Of a stretch of DNA of 58,425 nt, positions 56,897 to 58,425 are shown one piece after another. The stretch is taken from positions 1 to 58,425 of the forward strand of contig CAKRAM010000100.1 of the NCBI GenBank assembly GCA_934294965.1. Reading direction: 5' to 3'. Numbering within the stretch: position 1 is the first letter of the stretch; every line of letters starts with the position of its first letter. The DNA comes from an uncultured Clostridia bacterium. Lineage in GTDB: Bacteria; Bacillota; Clostridia; Christensenellales; CAG-314. The notes beneath the pieces were generated by a model. The model saw only the letters and a list, made by a program, of their open reading frames with translations, had not been told where the DNA came from and searched no databases. Position numbers and translations under genes: made by a program.

Positions 56897-58033
56897 ATGA
56901 AAGTTACCGTTTTTGAAGTGAAAACTCGCAAGCAGCAAAAACAATTTGTAAATTTTCCATTGGAACTGTACAAAAACAATCCGTATTTCGTGCCGCCGCT
57001 CTACGCCGACGAAATGGACGTGTTTAAGCCAAACTACATGTACTACGACACGTGCGTTGCGGTTTACTTTTTGGCAGCCGACGAAACGGGCAAAATTGTG
57101 GGAAGAATTTCGGGAATACTGCAAAAGGCGTCCAACGAAAAGTGGCAACAAAAACGCGTTAGGTTTACCCGTTTTGACAGCATAGACAACCAACAAGTTG
57201 CCGATGCGCTTTTTGCCGCCGTCGAAAACTGGGCAAAGCAACAAGGCATGGAAGAAGTTGTCGGCCCGCTGGGTTTTTCCGACTTTGAACGCGAAGGCTT
57301 GCTGATAGACGGCTTTGACTACCTTTCTACATTTGAAGAACAGTACAACTACCCCTACTACCAACGCTTGATAGAAAACTGCGGCTACGCCAAGGACGTG
57401 GATTGGCTTGAACACCGTTTGCTGAAAATGAAGACGGAAGAACAGGAACGCTACGAACGCATCACCACCAAAATGATGAAAAAGTACAACTTGCACTTCG
57501 ACAACAGCAAAAGCACGGGCGAATTTATCCGCAAATACGCCGACAAGTTTTTTGCGCTGGTGGACGAAACTTACAACCAAATTTACGGTACGGTTCCGTT
57601 TACCGACAATATGAAAAAAGCCCTTATTTCCAACTTTAAGTTGATTGTAGACGTACGCTTTGTTTGCGCCATTTTGGACGAAAACGAAAACATCGTTGCG
57701 TTTGGCCTATGCTTCCCCGCAATAGGCGAGGCTTTGCAAAAAAGCGGAGGAAAACTGACGCTGCCCGCAATCGCGCGCGTTTTGAAAGCCATAAAACATC
57801 CCAAAGTGCTGGATTTGGGACTTATCGGCGTGGTGAATGAATACAAAAACAAGGGTATCGCTTCGGTTTTGATTTACAGCATTGCCAAGTACATAGAAGA
57901 CTTTAAGTTTGACTACATGGAAACCAATTTGAATTTGGAAGATAACTACGCAATTTTGAATTGCTGGAAAAGTTTTGACCACATTCAACACAAACGCCGC
58001 CGCAGTTTTGTGAAAAAGCTGGAACAATATTAG
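56897..58033 (+). CDS. uncharacterised ~380-aa protein, probable GNAT-fold acyltransferase family
   Basis: Start trimmed to the ATG at 56897, with AAAGGAGAA upstream. The N-terminus MKVTVFEVKTRKQQKQFVNFPLELYKNNPYFVPPL resembles a widespread family annotated as N-acetyltransferase. This assignment is from memory only. Confidence 0.5.
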   Translation: MKVTVFEVKTRKQQKQFVNFPLELYKNNPYFVPPLYADEMDVFKPNYMYYDTCVAVYFLAADETGKIVGRISGILQKASNEKWQQKRVRFTRFDSIDNQQVADALFAAVENWAKQQGMEEVVGPLGFSDFEREGLLIDGFDYLSTFEEQYNYPYYQRLIENCGYAKDVDWLEHRLLKMKTEEQERYERITTKMMKKYNLHFDNSKSTGEFIRKYADKFFALVDETYNQIYGTVPFTDNMKKALISNFKLIVDVRFVCAILDENENIVAFGLCFPAIGEALQKSGGKLTLPAIARVLKAIKHPKVLDLGLIGVVNEYKNKGIASVLIYSIAKYIEDFKFDYMETNLNLEDNYAILNCWKSFDHIQHKRRRSFVKKLEQY

Positions 58034-58065
58034 CCGACCAAATGTGCAACGCAGGCGTAGCCTGT

Positions 58066-58096
58066 TTCCGTTGGTTCGTGTGCAAAGTTGGCGAAC
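58066..58096 (+). repeat. 31-nt conserved module, copy 2 (TTCCGTTGGTTCGTGTGCAAAGTTGGCGAAC)
   Basis: See 53520..53550. Preceded by the hairpin CAGGC-GTA-GCCTG (58052-58064). Confidence 0.8.
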
Positions 58097-58130
58097 GCCC
58101 CTGTCCGCTCGGCGTTGAGTTTTTCATTTT
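58094..58130 (+). terminator. putative intrinsic terminator after the GNAT-like gene
   Basis: AACGCC / GGCGTT stem followed by GAGTTTTTCATTTT. Confidence 0.5.
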
Positions 58131-58325
58131 ACCGAGGTTTAGCGAGTTATTTGGCGGGTGCTTGTATAAGTAAAGCATCCGTCAAAGAGCCATTTTGTAT
58201 TTTTGTGTTTTGGAATTATTTGTTTTTCCTACCATGGCTTGAGAAGTTTGCCATTGTTGCAGATCAGACATTTTTCAAAAGTCTTACAAATGCTTGTAGA
58301 ACAAAAAGTTCGACGACCATATATA

Positions 58326-58368
58326 AAAAGGAAGCTTGATACAAATCAAACTTCCTTTTATATTTTTG
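58326..58368. terminator. bidirectional-looking hairpin terminator near the window end
   Basis: AAAAGGAAG / CTTCCTTTT 9-bp stem with T runs on both strands. It probably terminates a minus-strand gene entering from beyond 58425. Confidence 0.45.
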
Positions 58369-58425
58369 GTTATTTTGTCAAATCATTTTTGACACATCGG
58401 TCTCACGTTCAATACGTAATATAGA

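Noticed and set aside
58378-58425. Possible 3' end of a minus-strand gene entering from beyond the window (...SILRIERETDVSKMI-stop), followed by the hairpin at 58326-58368.
   Set aside because: Only 15 codons are visible, too little to support a CDS call. It is noted only because the terminator geometry fits.
1-58425. Mobile elements, prophage, genomic island or defence locus.
   Set aside because: I recognised no integrase, transposase, recombinase, phage structural, restriction-modification, toxin-antitoxin or cas-like protein in any frame. The tRNA cluster shows no flanking direct repeat of a tRNA 3' end that would mark an integration site.

Overview
This is a chromosomal, mostly housekeeping segment from an endospore-lineage Firmicute, probably Clostridia-like. 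That placement is inferred from spo0A, spoIIR, a SpoVB/YabM-type flippase next to yabN/mazG, and an L7Ae/YbxF gene between rpoC and rpsL. I annotate 47 protein-coding genes and 3 tRNAs (Met-Glu-Val, minus strand), plus promoters, intrinsic terminators and several intergenic repeat families. ORF-track starts were trimmed wherever a Shine-Dalgarno plus ATG/GTG/TTG further in was clearly better. The track also counts non-ATG codons as M, for example in rpoB.

Layout, left to right:
- tkt.
- A surface lipoprotein.
- A TetR regulator.
- spo0A and spoIIR.
- An acyltransferase / PIG-L deacetylase / acyltransferase cluster.
- maf and an MreB-like gene.
- A flippase-yabN-dus-trmL operon.
- A GH36 alpha-galactosidase.
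- A DUF1846 gene.
- mgtC.
- A trkA-trkH-sel1-adh operon.
- A PPTase and an ADP-ribosylglycohydrolase.
- The tRNAs.
- The canonical rpmG-secE-nusG-rplKAJL-rpoBC-ybxF-rpsLG-fusA-tuf block on the minus strand (36.2-53.3 kb). tuf is followed by a terminator rather than the S10 operon.
- cdd, an orphan giant pilin-like gene and a GNAT-like gene.

I found no transposase, integrase, CRISPR array, rRNA or recognisable defence gene.

The observations most worth follow-up are:
1. A consensus promoter firing into about 500 nt of ORF-free, hairpin- and repeat-rich sequence upstream of cdd (53.43-53.97 kb).
2. A Spo0A whose receiver domain lacks the acidic pocket and has Glu in place of the phospho-Asp.
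3. An RpoB about 280 aa longer than usual, with a lobe insertion and a 125-aa polyacidic tail carrying a repeated short motif.
4. Two zinc-ribbon PlsC-type acyltransferase paralogues flanking a PIG-L deacetylase.
5. A stand-alone 516-aa type IV pilin-like protein.
6. Several dispersed or tandem intergenic repeat families and a hairpin-dense 330-nt gap next to the tRNA promoter.

All functional calls rest on motif recognition from memory. No database search or RNA covariance search could be run.
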